Part shown: in pieces, positions 1-13,090 of the stretch
Layout of the letters: every line of letters starts with the position of its first letter
How positions within the stretch are numbered: the first letter of the stretch is position 1
DNA from: Octopus sinensis
Taxonomy: Eukaryota
Direction of reading: 5' to 3'
Assembly: GCF_006345805.1 (NCBI RefSeq)
Contig: NC_043020.1
Coordinates: 24,366,001 to 24,430,000, forward strand
DNA length: 64,000 nucleotides
Notes under the pieces: generated by a model
Database searches by the model: none
Seen by the model: the letters and a program-made list of their open reading frames with translations, nothing else
Told to the model about the DNA's origin: nothing
Program-made: the position numbers and the translations under genes

Positions 1-39
1 GTCGAACATAGTGATTAGTGGGTTTTCTTCTGCTAATTA

Positions 40-135
40 ACGTTCTGAGTTCAAATACCACCGATGTCTTTCACCGTTTCAGGATCGATTAAATAAAATA
101 TCATTCAAGTACTAGGATCGAAGTAATCGACTTGC
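40..135 (+). mobile_element. Degenerate SINE family C fragment
   Basis: ACGTTCTGAGTTCAAAT B-box region, then a decayed TTTCA..TTTC.GG.TCGAT..AAA core and GATCGA.GTAATCGACTT, matching the family C copy at 9138-9417. Confidence 0.6.
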
Positions 136-1225
136 TTCGCTTGTGATTCTTATTTCTGAAAATTACTGACTTTCTACCAAAGCTAGAATTGCTTTCCTTG
201 TTTGGAAATTCCATCAAGACGTAGCAAAGAATTGCAGCACGATCGCTGTCGTTATTGACCAGACCAATTCGATTGATCGCCAATTGATAGGTAATTGGAT
301 ATTAGAAAATTAATTAACTGTTGGTTATATGACGAGGAGTGAGTTTTCTAATAAATGGACCAAAAACGAAAATAAGAGAGAATTGAAGGGTTTTTTCCCC
401 TCGTATTTGTGGTAAATATAAGCATATATTTCGGGATTAAAGCTCATTTCTGCAATAATCTTATCTAATCGAAAAACCTCTTCTTCTTCTTCCACACATT
501 CAGATACATACACAAACACTCGTTCATATGCCACATAAACAAATATACACACGCATACACACAGACACAGAAAACTATGCATTCACTGAGATATTCACTC
601 ATACACACAACATATACAAACGCACACTCATATACACACACAAAGAAACATTCAATTATACACACACACACACACGTGTATACATACACAAAGACTTTCA
701 CACCCCGCACATATTTACATATACTCATACACACGCATATGCATACATACAGAAACCCTCACTTATATGCACACACACACACACACACACACACACTTTA
801 TTAAGACTTGCAAACATACATTAGAGCTTACTTCAACGTAATACTGTCGACCATCAAAAAACCTGAAATTAATAAAATATTAAATGCCATGTACAGAACC
901 AATTCCTAAAATCCTGGGGACCAAAATTATAATCCCATCCCTTACAGAACACTTCACACCCACTCAAAATGCATAAACGAAAATAAGAGAAAAAAAGCAG
1001 CAAATTTCTCTTGAGAAAAAGAAGTAATAAACACACAAAAAGAGAAGAAAAAATAATTTAAAAAACAGAGAAAAATGTCAAATTTAAGACGATGTATTTA
1101 AAAAGTCTTTGAAATTCCGCTGCCAAATTTTGGCTGTAGTAAATCTTCATAATGAATAAATCAGCAACTTTGGATTTAGATATTTCAAAAAAGAATGTTA
1201 TATGGATGAATGAAAGCCATTTGCC

Positions 1226-1226
<1 letters not shown>

Positions 1227-1296
<70 letters not shown>
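1227..1296. repeat. (TAA)n microsatellite
   Basis: Uninterrupted TAA run; source of the poly-Y ORF 1185..1370. Confidence 0.95.
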
Positions 1297-1298
<2 letters not shown>

Positions 1299-2126
1299 TT
1301 GGCTTTGGTGTTTTTGTTTTTGTCGGCGTAGCATAAGATTTAAATTTCTTTTGATATTTGACTTAGACACAAGTCACGCGTTGCATCCAGGTTAAACTAG
1401 ATTTTGTTTATGAATCGCCGACAAATGTCTATCATTTTATTCGTGTGTGTGTGTGTCTACATATCTGTACATACAAGCATATTAATGCATTCGCATAGAC
1501 ATTTATAAACATATACACATGTATTAATATTCGGAGTTTTTATGCGTAGTTTTTTATCTACAATTGGCGACAAACACGCAAATCGACGTTTCACTCAAAA
1601 GCGTTTGCTAGACTATCATATTTCTTCTAAGGGATAGGGTTGAGAGTTTCTTCGAAGTTTCTGTCAAACTCTTCCTGGCAAAAGTAATATGGCCAGGCAG
1701 AAACGAATGTATTAGTATGTATGTGTTATGCGAATATGTAGAGTGAGGGCTGAGACCTACATAGGTTTCAGTTAGTAGTCGAGTTTCATTCTCAGAAATA
1801 TTTCAGGCCCCTAAGCAGGGTAAGAAACCGGCTACATTCCTTTCAGCGGCCTATCGTTTTCCTTGGTCAATATCTTTGGCTGTACGTGTGTTTGTGCACG
1901 TATTTATATATTGGCCAATACGTCGTATCTATTCGATACGAAAAGATATCTGATGCTTTTCCAATGACCACAAAGGGTGGTAAAAGTAATAACGAATCAT
2001 ATAATCTCGTGAGAGAAGGTTGGGGTTATCAGGAATCGAACACACCGGCGAGTTGGAATCATGTTAGGGAAATTCCATACAGAAAACTAGAAAAATGTAA
2101 ATTATAACTAAATCAAAACGCTTCAT

Positions 2127-2561
2127 TCTTACTCTTTACTCTTTACTCTTTACTCTTTTACTTGTTTCAGTCATTTGACTGCGGCCATGCTGGAGCACCG
2201 CCTTTAGTCGAGCAAACCGACCCCGGGACTTATTCTTTGTAAGCCCAGTACTTATTCTATCGGTCTCTTTTTGCTGAACCGCTAAGTGACGGGGACGTAA
2301 ACACACTAGCATCGGTTGTCAAGCAATGCTAGGGGGACAAACACAGACACACAAACACACACACATATATATAATATATATATATATATACATATATACG
2401 ACAGGCTTCTTTCAGTTTCCGTCTACCAAATCCACTCACAAGGCATTGGTCGGCCCGGGGCTATAGCAGAAGACACTTGCCCAAGATGCCACGCAGTGGG
2501 ACTGAACCCGGAACCATGTGGTTGGTTAGCAAGCTACTTACCACACAGCCACTCCTGCGCC
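2127..2561 (-). mobile_element. tRNA-derived SINE family A, full length
   Basis: On the minus strand: A-box TGGCTGTGTGG, B-box GGTTCAGTCCC, internal (TA)/(TG) tract, 3' tail GGCGGTGCTCCAGCATGGCCGCAGTCAAATGACTGAAAC and (GTAAAAGA)n repeats. About ten related copies occur in the window. Confidence 0.92.
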
Positions 2562-3556
2562 TTACATTCAATAAATTTTAATAAACACTTTTAGTTGGTG
2601 AATTGGCAGAGAGATAAAAGTGATTTCTCTCCCGTGTCTCAGCGCTAGTTCACCGAGACCATTTTCGTCGTTTTGGTGTCGATAAAGGATTAGCAATCTA
2701 GAGTAGTGGCCTAGCAGAACGGACTGAATGTCAGCCGACATACTTGAGAAATTTCATCTGGCGTTTGCGTCCTAGGCACCAAGTTGTATCAATCCTCATC
2801 TGCAGCCAACCCTTTGGATAATAATTTCAGTGGCGCGAAAAAAGATAAGTTTACATGGGTAAATGCAAGTCTTCCTAAGAACAAAATGTTGTCAAGACCT
2901 TTCTAATTGTGGGCAGATGCATGTTCAAAACTGAACAACGGAGTACTTGGAATATAACTGAACGTGTATAATGTTTATTCTTTGTCGAAATATTTTATGA
3001 CTATTCATTGATATGTCACCACAATTTGGATTGCGCATGCGCTAGCAACTTTACAACCGGTACTCTACATCGTGATTCAGTTTGTTTGTTTTTTTGAAAG
3101 CACAAAAAATGTAAATACTAATAAAAGCAACACAGCAGCAATACTTACGTTTTGAAGTAAGGTTTTGTTGCTGTATAATAGATTCTTCGCAAAGTTTGGC
3201 ATCGAATTAAGGTATGAATCGTTAGGCGAGAAGGCTGTAAAGTACGCATCGGTACTGTTATGGTTAATCATGTCGGGAAGAACTGTGGCTGCCTCATTGA
3301 TGGAACTGGAAGTAGAGAAAGAGGGAAAAGAAGATATAGATATGGGATTGAAAGAGAAAGGAATAAAGTCAAAGGTCATTTGGGTACAAGGGAAATTAAT
3401 GTGCGCCTCAAATGCACAATCTTGAAACGGGAATTTATTAGTCAATATTGAAAGAAAGAAAAATAAAATTCTTACAATACCTACCTGCGATTTGAACTCA
3501 GAACGCAGAAATTGGAACAAAACAAGTCATATATATATAAGTAGGTATACTCATAT

Positions 3557-3945
3557 GGCGTCGTCGTGGCACTCTGTCGGTTATAACGACGAGGGTTCAA
3601 GTTGATCCGATCAACGGAAAAGCCTGCTCGTGAAATTAGTGTGCAAGTGACTGAGCACTCCACAAACACGTGTGCCGTTAACGTAATTCTCGGGGAGATT
3701 CAACGTGACACAAAGTGTCAAAGGGTTGGCCCCTTTCAAATACAGGTACAGCAGAAACAAGAAGAAAGAGTGAGAGAAAGCTGTGAGAAAGAGTACAGCA
3801 GAGTTCACCACAAACCCCTGTTGGAACCTCGTTGATCTTTAGGTGTTTTCGCTCAATAAACACTCACAACGCCCGATCAGGGAATGGAAACCGCGATCCT
3901 ACGACCGCGAGTCCGCTGCCCTAACCACTGGGCCATTGCACCTCC
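3557..3945 (-). mobile_element. tRNA-derived SINE family B, full length
   Basis: Minus-strand head GGAGGTGCAATGGCCCAGTGGTTAGGGCAGCGGACTCGCGGTC with A-box and B-box-like sequence, and 3' end GATCGGATCAAC.TGAACCCTCGTCGT. Collinear with 24853-25212; imperfect flanking repeat ATACTCATAT/ACACCCATAT. Confidence 0.9.
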
Positions 3946-4191
3946 ACACCCATATGTATGCAGAGTTAAACACACGAGTACACACCCATACATACCCATA
4001 TCTGCACACATACACACACACACATACTTATATATCGACAGACATTAACACACACACACACACACATAACATACGCACATCCATATCAATATATACATCG
4101 ATCATTATGATTACTATTACGTTAAATCTTACGCTTTTCACTCATAAGTCCTCTCTCCAATCGATTGGAACCCAAAAAGTATTTTTAAGCG

Positions 4192-4248
<57 letters not shown>

Positions 4249-4312
4249 GCATGTAAGTATATGTGAGCTTATACACCATATATACTGTCCTCTATCTCTT
4301 TCACCCTCTCGC

Positions 4313-4361
<49 letters not shown>

Positions 4362-4775
4362 ATAGTTAATCAATATTTGTTTGTATTTTTCGGTGAAATA
4401 TTAATTTACTTTCACAGTTAACTGAGATGTATTGAATGAAACCGGAAGCCGCTCGTTCGGCGGAAATTGTTTCTGATATTGCTAGTCGTAGTTTTTCTCT
4501 TGTTGTTGTTGTTGTTGTTATTGTTCTTCTCTATAATGCAAGTCGTGTTGGAATTGCTACAGCTACAGGGATTACATCTACCGTGGTTTATCATGTCTGT
4601 TGTATATACGCATGTTTATACACACACATTACTACTCATATATGACTAAACACACACACACACGTATACATACATATAAATGATTACACATATACATATG
4701 TGTATGTATATATATATATATATATAGATGTACATATAAATGCCTACACACATACATTGATATGTCTATATATAT

Positions 4776-4942
4776 ATTCTTTTATTCATCTATGTGTTTC
4801 AGTCATCTCACTGCAGCCATGCTGGAGCACCGCCTTTAGTCGAACAAATCGACCCTAGGACTTATTCTTTGTAAGCCTCGTACTTATTCTACCGGTCTCT
4901 TGTCGAACCGCTAAGTAAACACACAGATACACATTCGTTGTC
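4776..4942 (-). mobile_element. SINE family A, 3' half
   Basis: GCCATGCTGGAGCACCGCCTTTAGTCGA...GACTTATTCTTTGTAAGCC...GAACCGCTAAGT matches 2160-2330. Confidence 0.88.
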
Positions 4943-4954
4943 AAATACAGACAC

Positions 4955-5022
<68 letters not shown>

Positions 5023-5809
5023 CATACATTATATATGACTGTGTGTTTGTATAGTTCTCCCCTTCTATCTCTATGTATATATATATATATATACTCGTAT
5101 GAATGCACAACACGTAATCGCTTATACAAACAGGTGACTTCACACATACATACATATATGTATACATATGTGAATATATACTATATTTATATATGTAAAC
5201 ATGTATATGTACGTGTAAGTGTCAGTGGGTGTGTATTTGTGTGTGTGTGTGTTCTTGGTTTCGCGTTGTTTTGCGTTCGATCCTATTCATTTCGTTTATA
5301 TTCCCTTTTTGTCGATTCTTCCCATATTTCATTGCAAAAAACTTCCAATATCATTACCATTCCTCATTAGAAACCAATATCTCAATAACTTATTCTTGCA
5401 GTTGATACTACAATCAGGCTAATATCTTCCGTTACCAGATTCCATGGCTTCCATATCATGATAACTTATTGCTTCGGCTTTTGTTCACAAGACACTCTCT
5501 GGAGAATTTTTCTCGTTGTTTGTTTGGAGGTTATATTCAAGGTGAGATATTAAATAATCGACATTATTAATTGAATTTTAAAGCGAGCCATGGAAAATAG
5601 TGCCAGCGCGTCGTTGGATAGGAGATTATAAAGAAATGATCATTTGTTCAATTCTTTCCTTTGACGGTCGGGGTAAAGAGAAATATTTTCGATTTTGTGA
5701 TGGCAGAAAAAATATTACGAGGAATTTCGTTAGAATGCCTTGGTTTCTTGTCTGGTTTCCCGGTGATTTTGTAAAGATCCTTCGTAGAAACGCCCTGTAG
5801 AAAATGTAT

Positions 5810-6635
5810 ATTTTATACCATACACGTATTTTCTTCCGTTAGTTGAATACATATAGAATACCAAACGAGTTCCCTATAGATACCGTATTTATTACACGTA
5901 TCTAACTCGCTTTCGCTCGTTAGATACGTTTACAAGCCACGAGTTGTAATAAATACGGTATCCATAGGGAATGAGTTTGGTATTTTATTTATTACACACG
6001 AATAAACGACCATATTTTATTAACCCAATAACTAAATTCTTCACATCGTGTTGAAGCGCGCATGAATACAACTTGAATTCACGTCAGTGACGTCACAATG
6101 TATAACTGTAAAAGATGTCATGCCGCAGGAAGATAGTCATCTTTATAGCGCTAAGTTTTCAGGTGAAATGACTGATAACTGATGACTGTTTAACATTTTG
6201 TTAACATTCAAGTTCACGTTCAAGAAATACATAACACAGATTGAATCTTCAATAACTTTAATAATACTCAAACCTGTTTTCGAGTACCTGCACTGCAAGA
6301 GTATCGACGAGCAGACGAATTATGTCGTGATTTTTTGGCAACAAAAAATTGAATTACCACCAGAAATGTTTATATTTTATGTGTATATGACTTTAAGTGA
6401 TATCTGGTATAAAAAAATAGTATGTTTGTTTAATTACATGGCTACATTCTACCTGCTCGTGAAATTAATGAATGAAGTTTAGTTATAACTTATGAATGAC
6501 AAAAGTAGTGCCGTCACCGTGACCTCGGGTCATCACCATGGATTGACCAATCAGAAGCAACACTCGCAATATCTGACATATGTTATATACCAAAAATATC
6601 TCAAAGTGTTCTCACTCACATGTGTGTAATAAAGC
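5810..6635. mobile_element. Non-autonomous hairpin-containing repeat element, class uncertain (possibly Crypton-like)
   Basis: 40-nt inverted arms at 5857-5896 and 5945-5984 enclose a 10-bp hairpin with loop TCGCTTTCGCTC. TTTATTACACAC (about 5988) is inverted at about 6622-6633. Contains CRE TGACGTCA (6088-6095) and CCAAT (6547). Confidence 0.55.
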
Positions 6636-7329
6636 AGTATCTTAGATGGTATTCGCTTTAAGTGCTCTTTTTCTCGGCGCTTATGAATTGGTAATATTTC
6701 AGATGTTCAATTCGAATTTCATTAATTTTAGATCGCCTTGATAACATTGCGTTAACATATTCTTTCGAAAGTATTAATATTAATTTTAATTATGCATATA
6801 TATATATGTTAAACAATAGAAACAATTGTCATCTTTATAAGGTGAAGTCTATAATAAAGAAGTAATTCTCCCTCTACGCACTTTTTGCTGTCAAACACAC
6901 TGGATTTCTCGAAATTCCGCCAATGATTATTTGGATTTACCTGTCATGCATGAGGATATATCGTTCATGCATGAAAATTTACCTGTAATCTGTATTTTAT
7001 TTACATTTCATGCTGTACAACTGTTGCACGTTGATAAGCAAATTCTTTTAATATCGAGGGATTTATTGATATCTGACAGGAATTTTTAATTTCTATCCAT
7101 AGCTTTTAAATATATGTGTGTGTCTGTGTGAGTGTGTGTGTGAGTGTGTATAAATATTTTATAACTATATACATAATTATAACTAGGAGTCGGCTTTATG
7201 CACCGTAGCAAATAGATAGGTGCCAAATTCTTTTTTACTACCTTAAAAATTCCGCACTGGCTACCTGGTAAAATTATTATTGACCCTTTATTATTACAAT
7301 AAGATTTGACGATACATATATATATGTCC

Positions 7330-7640
7330 TGTTTTTGTTATTATAATTATCATTATTGTTTTTACGTATTTTTGTATTCTTATTCGTGCAACCTCGTCCG
7401 TTTTTCCGTCCTTGTTTTGTATACATTCGAGGCTTTCTTCCAAGGAATCTAATGCGCTTGGCTTAGATTTTCCTTTGGGGATGGCCAGATCGGAGCAATC
7501 TCAAGATTAATCAGCCGAAATTGCGAGGATGATCCGGTTCTTGACTGAAGATTGAAGGCTTCGAATGTCCTGTCCGTGTTTTTTGTATCGTCTTCTGAAT
7601 GTTTTGCGTTCTTGTCCCAGTTTGTATTTTTTTACATATA
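7330..7640 (+). repeat. Dispersed repeat island between TA tracts; second copy at 15660-15800 in opposite orientation
   Basis: CAGCCGAAATTGC..GATGAT.CGGT..TGACTGAAGATTGAAGGCTTCGAATG is the reverse complement of 15712-15770. Confidence 0.75.
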
Positions 7641-7681
7641 TATATATAGCGGCGCACGTACCCTTTTGTCTTATATGTAAG

Positions 7682-7716
<35 letters not shown>

Positions 7717-7724
7717 ATATACAT

Positions 7725-7910
7725 GTATATTTTTCCTCTGTCTTCCCTTCTCTGGATCTTTCCTTCTCCTATGTTTCCGAGGAAGAGCTCCGCTCGAAAC
7801 GTTAAACCCTCTTTCTCTCCTTCTTTCCTGAGCGTCCAATAATACTATATTTGTTCCACGTCCTCGCGTGGTTGTGTTTCTTTGTGCTTTCTTGTTTCGA
7901 TTAACGTTAT
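7725..7910 (+). mobile_element. Penelope-like pseudo-LTR remnant with a degenerate minimal hammerhead motif
   Basis: GTTT-CCGAGGA-A-GAGC TCC GCTC-GAAA-CGTT-AAAC at 7773-7807, in an island between (TA)n arrays. Confidence 0.55.
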
Positions 7911-7944
7911 ATATGTATATATATATATATACAAATATATATAC

Positions 7945-7997
<53 letters not shown>

Positions 7998-8122
7998 TAT
8001 ATATATACATATATACACACATACATATACATATATACATACATACATATATATATACACACATATATATATACATATATATATACACACATATATACAT
8101 ATGTTTATATACATATACACAT

Positions 8123-8155
<33 letters not shown>

Positions 8156-8208
8156 ATATTATATATATATATATATATACATTCACACATTATGTATATA
8201 TATATATA
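7908..8208. repeat. (TA)n/(TACA)n compound microsatellite
   Basis: Direct reading; source of several Y/I/H/T-rich ORFs. Confidence 0.95.
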
Positions 8209-8789
8209 GTTAAAAGGAATGGAGAGAGATTAAAAAATCTTGGCGGATATCAATATATATGCCTGTGTGTATGTGTGTACACACTCAAATGTTTAACTTT
8301 GTACAGGCTACTTTAATGATGATTTTAAAGATCTGGAATATTTACGTATTCTTTGGAAGCAAACTGCTAACCAAAGATACGATGAGATGCTTCCAATCTT
8401 ATGTAACAAGATCTGTTTGATCCCAATCGTCATATATCATTTAATATACATCAGATTTAGAACTAAGCTAATATAAGTTTCATACGTACGATTGTAGGAC
8501 AGTCAGACGACATTATATAATATGATGGGCAACATTTCCGACTCAACAATCAGAGAGATTGCTCGATACTACACGGCACGCTATAAAATTCATCCGAACA
8601 TACTACTCTCGAAACATGAAACTTATGGTAGCTCAGTTTTAAATCCAATGTCTTTTAAAAGATATCTCACGTTCGCTAGAATACATTTTGTTGGTTGCAC
8701 CAATTGACTGAAGATGTCACTATATGTTCCGGGAATCTCTTGCGAAGGCAGAATGAGAGAAGGTGACGAGAAGAGCAGGCATGGGAAGT

Positions 8790-8930
8790 TTGCAAGACAT
8801 GGTCACTTAACGGCAAACACATTTTTTGGACGTGTGCTTCGATTGCAGATGACAGACATACTACCATCGTGATGGACAACGGAGGGAGGAAAAAAGAGAT
8901 CGAACGGAGGAACAAGGAATATATAGCATT
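8790..8930 (+). mobile_element. Possible ancient RTE-like LINE C-terminal remnant
   Basis: Translates FFGRVLRLQMTDILPS*WTTEGGKKRSNGG, which resembles the WFGHVLRM...LP...W..EGKR.RGRP tail of RTE ORFs. Heavily decayed. Confidence 0.3.
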
Positions 8931-9137
8931 GTACGTTCTGGGGCGACATAAGAGTGATGGAAATTGGTCCGAGTGAAGCTAGGAGGAGGGTGAGTAATGA
9001 GGGGAGTAACCGGGAGTAATCGAAAAATCTCAGTACCCGTTGTCCTCACTGTACAATATCGTTCCCTTCTACAAAATTCAACACTAAATTATTAGTGAAC
9101 CTTAGTGATTGGTTACGCAATCGAACCCAGGACTTTT

Positions 9138-9417
9138 TTCTTTTCCACTCTAGGCACAAGGCCAGAAATTTTGGGGGAGAACGTAAAGACTGACGAAATA
9201 CCTGTTTTTTTTTACTGCCCACAAGGGGCTACACACAGAGGGGACAAACAAGGACAGACAAAGGGATTAAGCCGATTACATCGACCTCATTGCGTAACTG
9301 GTACTTATTTAATCGACCCCGAAAGAAGGGAAGACAAAGTCGACCTCGGCGGTATTTGAACTCAGAACATAGCGGCAGACGAAATGCCGTTAAGCATTTC
9401 GCCAGCTCGCCGCCTTA
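9138..9417 (-). mobile_element. SINE family C with perfect 20-bp target-site duplication
   Basis: Minus-strand head AAGGCGGCGAGCTGGC, B-box GAGTTCAAAT and core TTTCGGGGTCGATTAAATAAGTACCAG. Flanked by identical CAATCGAACCCAGGACTTTT at 9118-9137 and 9418-9437. Confidence 0.9.
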
Positions 9418-9845
9418 CAATCGAACCCAGGACTTTTGAAACACACAGCTTTGCCTCAGTTTACAAGAAGAAGAAACCATTCATTGACTGTCCTCTATAT
9501 TCGACTGTTAGTTTATTATTTTCATTTGAATATCTGTCGTTTGCCCTTCTCAGTGAACTTTATATGTGATTGTTTCGCTGCGATAGGATGATGTTCTGAT
9601 ACCGTTGGGAAATCTGGTCGGTTTCAATATTATTCCTGCTGTCCCCTGATACTTATGCGCTGAAATCTAGTATATTGTGCTTGCTCTCTTTTTCTGAATT
9701 CAGTCTGGAAGGAACAACCCACCATTTCTGGAATTTCAATCAGGAAAATAATAATATATTGAATCATATCTAGTTGATAAAAAAGAACAAGGGAACGACG
9801 ATGGTAGATCAATATATATGTTTATATATATATATATATATATAT

Positions 9846-9885
<40 letters not shown>

Positions 9886-11232
9886 GATGTATGTATGTAT
9901 GTATGTATGTATATGTATATGTTGTTTCGTATATTGGTGTCTTTGTTCATATGGAAATCTATTTATACCAAAATACATCCGACAAAGATACACACACACA
10001 TACACATATATGTATATACGTACGCGTGTGTGTGGGGAGGAGGGGTTAGAGTGTGTACGTCTGAAATTTTACGACAGTCACTTCTTCGAAGTATCGCCAT
10101 CGCTGACTTCCTGAAACTACAGCAGTAAATTGGAGGTGTTACATAAATTTATTAAGGAATCCTTCAACTAAAGTTTTACTGTTTTGTTGTAGGACTTCAT
10201 AAAACACACATAAACACACACACACACATAGTTATTTCGTCTTACGCTAAGAAGCGGTATACGGAACCATTATTTTTTACTCCAGTTTGATATAAAGAGC
10301 TACTCCAAATCGTTATTAGAGTATTCATATAAGCGGAGTCAAGGTCAGAGAGTCTGTACTGGTACCGAGTTGCACGAGTTGTAATAATGAAATCAAGCCG
10401 AATGGTGATAGTTTCAAATCATTCAGTTCGCAGGTTTCAAGTTTGCGTAATATAAATTCTTCAGTTAACTCATTTAAAAAATACTGAGGAGGGTTTATGT
10501 AATGGATGCATTTCAGACTGTATACTATGAAAACGTGAAATGTACGTGTTAAATGCTTTCAAATTATCACTATATGGCTTCACTTCATCTTTACTACATA
10601 GCTCTTCTTCGGAAACAAGAAAACAGGAAACTCCAAAGGGAAAAGAAGGAAAGAAAATCGCCAATAATCCACGAGCGGTTCCTTTTTTTTGTGCGTATAA
10701 TCAGGGAGTTATAATCCAAGCTGTGTCCTAATGACGTTCATCTGCATGTTCATAGGAATCAAATGTATGTGTCTAGATGTTTTATCATAAATGGCATATA
10801 CATAGCATTTGATACGTCTTCCAAATTCTATTTACGGAATAATTACATCAAAACAAAAGGCTGGAAAAATATGCTGTGTTGTTAATCCCATGTTACACGT
10901 GTTTCGTTATAGGCTAGGCGTTACAATTGTGTACATGCAGACAAAAAAAATGAAAACATGTATAGAATCTCTTATCCGTAATTCTTCAGACAAAGATTAA
11001 AAAATAATATATACGAGAGAAAAAGAGAGGAAGAGAGAGAAACAAAGAGACACTGGGTGGTCACTACGGGAACGAGTTCAAAGAAAGGCTTCACCAGATT
11101 AGGGCATGACTCTGATCAAAGCAGCAACACTGAACGTAGAATCGTATAAAACTTACACTACTTGCGTAACCTTTACGATCTCCTTTACTATAACCACTGA
11201 AACCACCATCGGATTCTTCACCAACACTATCA

Positions 11233-11280
<48 letters not shown>

Positions 11281-11403
11281 CACCACCACCACCGCAGGAG
11301 CACCATCTGATACCCTATTCTTCACTATCTCTTTTGTATTACACCTTTTACAGATCATTCACTCACCGTATAGATACGCATGCAGGGTACACACATGCAT
11401 GTT

Positions 11404-11452
<49 letters not shown>

Positions 11453-12496
11453 GCACATATACACATGTGTAAGCACACGCACACACAATACACCCACGTA
11501 CTTAACCAATTCCTTCTGTTCTCTTCACTATTCAGAGGTGTTCGTTTTCTGTTTTAGATTCCATCGTCCCATTTTCCCCCCTTTTCTGTGCTCTTTTTTT
11601 TTCGTTTCGTTAATATCGTTTATTTTTTCTATCTCTCTATTCATCGCTTCCTTTTTTGTCTTTACTCTCTTTTTTGTACTCCTTTGTACTTCTGGTTCAC
11701 TCTGGTGAAAACATCATACAGCAAGACTTGATTAGATAGAATGGTGAAGAATGGGACTTTGATGATCAAATGACGTATCAGATACAAAATGCACACGTTT
11801 CACCCGCGTTTTGCTCTTATAAAAGTTATTTTTTTTATCTATTATTTTTCCCCGTGCAATCAAAGTGTAACACGTGATAAAAAAAAAACCGGCAAAATAT
11901 ATAAATAGAATGGAATACGCAGTCACCTACATGCACACACACACAAACGTACAATACATACATATACACATGGACACATAACCTCAGGTATAAATTGCAT
12001 AGTACAGTTACACACAACAGGCATACTATTGCATACACACACACACTGTGCGTGTGTGTGTATGTTTATATATATATGTGTGTGTGTGTTAAAATACGTA
12101 CATGCATGAATACACATATTGACATACAAAAAACTGTGAATAGAGGTAAACGCACATGCGTATACATACACATATATATAGATAGCGCGATGCATTTGCT
12201 GACACGTAAGCACACATTCACACACACACGCACATTTCGTTAGTAGTGTACAGATATCCACATACATTTACGCATAGAAACAGCGACTCAATATATATAT
12301 ATAATGTGTGTGTGTGTAGTATATATATGTGAATATGTGTGTGTATATGTGTGTTTATGGATGATTATATCTTTTATCACTCATGTATAGACACTCTATT
12401 GCGTAGACACTAGTATCCATACTAATGCAGAGTTAATTTTCTCGACTCAAATAACTATAAACAATATAGAGACAGAAAAAGAAGAGAGAGGGAGTA

Positions 12497-12538
<42 letters not shown>

Positions 12539-13056
12539 AGACTTCAATGGTAATACGCAGCCAATTTTCTCTGCTCGGATTTCAAGCTTTGTTTCACACT
12601 CACAAACTTTTCCAAAATAAAAACTAAACTCCCACAGAGCAACAAAAGAGAGGAAGAGAGAGGGAGAGGGTGAAAGAGAGAGAGAGAGGGAGAGAGAGAG
12701 AAAGAGAGAGAAATTTTATACATATTTACACCTTGTCACAGTTTTATAGTTTACACTAAACCCAAAACGAACACATACATATAGAAAACAGACACATTTA
12801 CACTCTATTACATATTTCTATAATTACTGGAACACACACACACACACACACACACACACCACACACACACTCACACACTCATATATATACACACACACTG
12901 TTCACCGGTAATTTTCGCTCCTCACATTTCACTCTTTATTTCACAAGTTAAAAACTTTACACAGGAGGAACATCTCACCGGCAGAAATTGAGATACACAC
13001 ACATACTATTTCAATCACTGAACAAACACATATAAGCGCAACGGTGCACGCACACA

Positions 13057-13090
<34 letters not shown>

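Noticed and set aside
839-848. TAATACTGTC, matching the start of miR-8/miR-200
   Set aside because: The match ends after 10 nt and there is no complementary arm.
2480-2561. tRNA-like A/B boxes here and at other SINE heads (for example 3870-3945 and 45556-45625)
   Set aside because: They run into SINE bodies and tails and lack a full cloverleaf, so they are not tRNA genes.
3077-3520. Overlapping non-repetitive ORFs of 147 aa (-) and 86 aa (+)
   Set aside because: No recognisable domain or convincing splice context; the region includes a SINE fragment near 3490.
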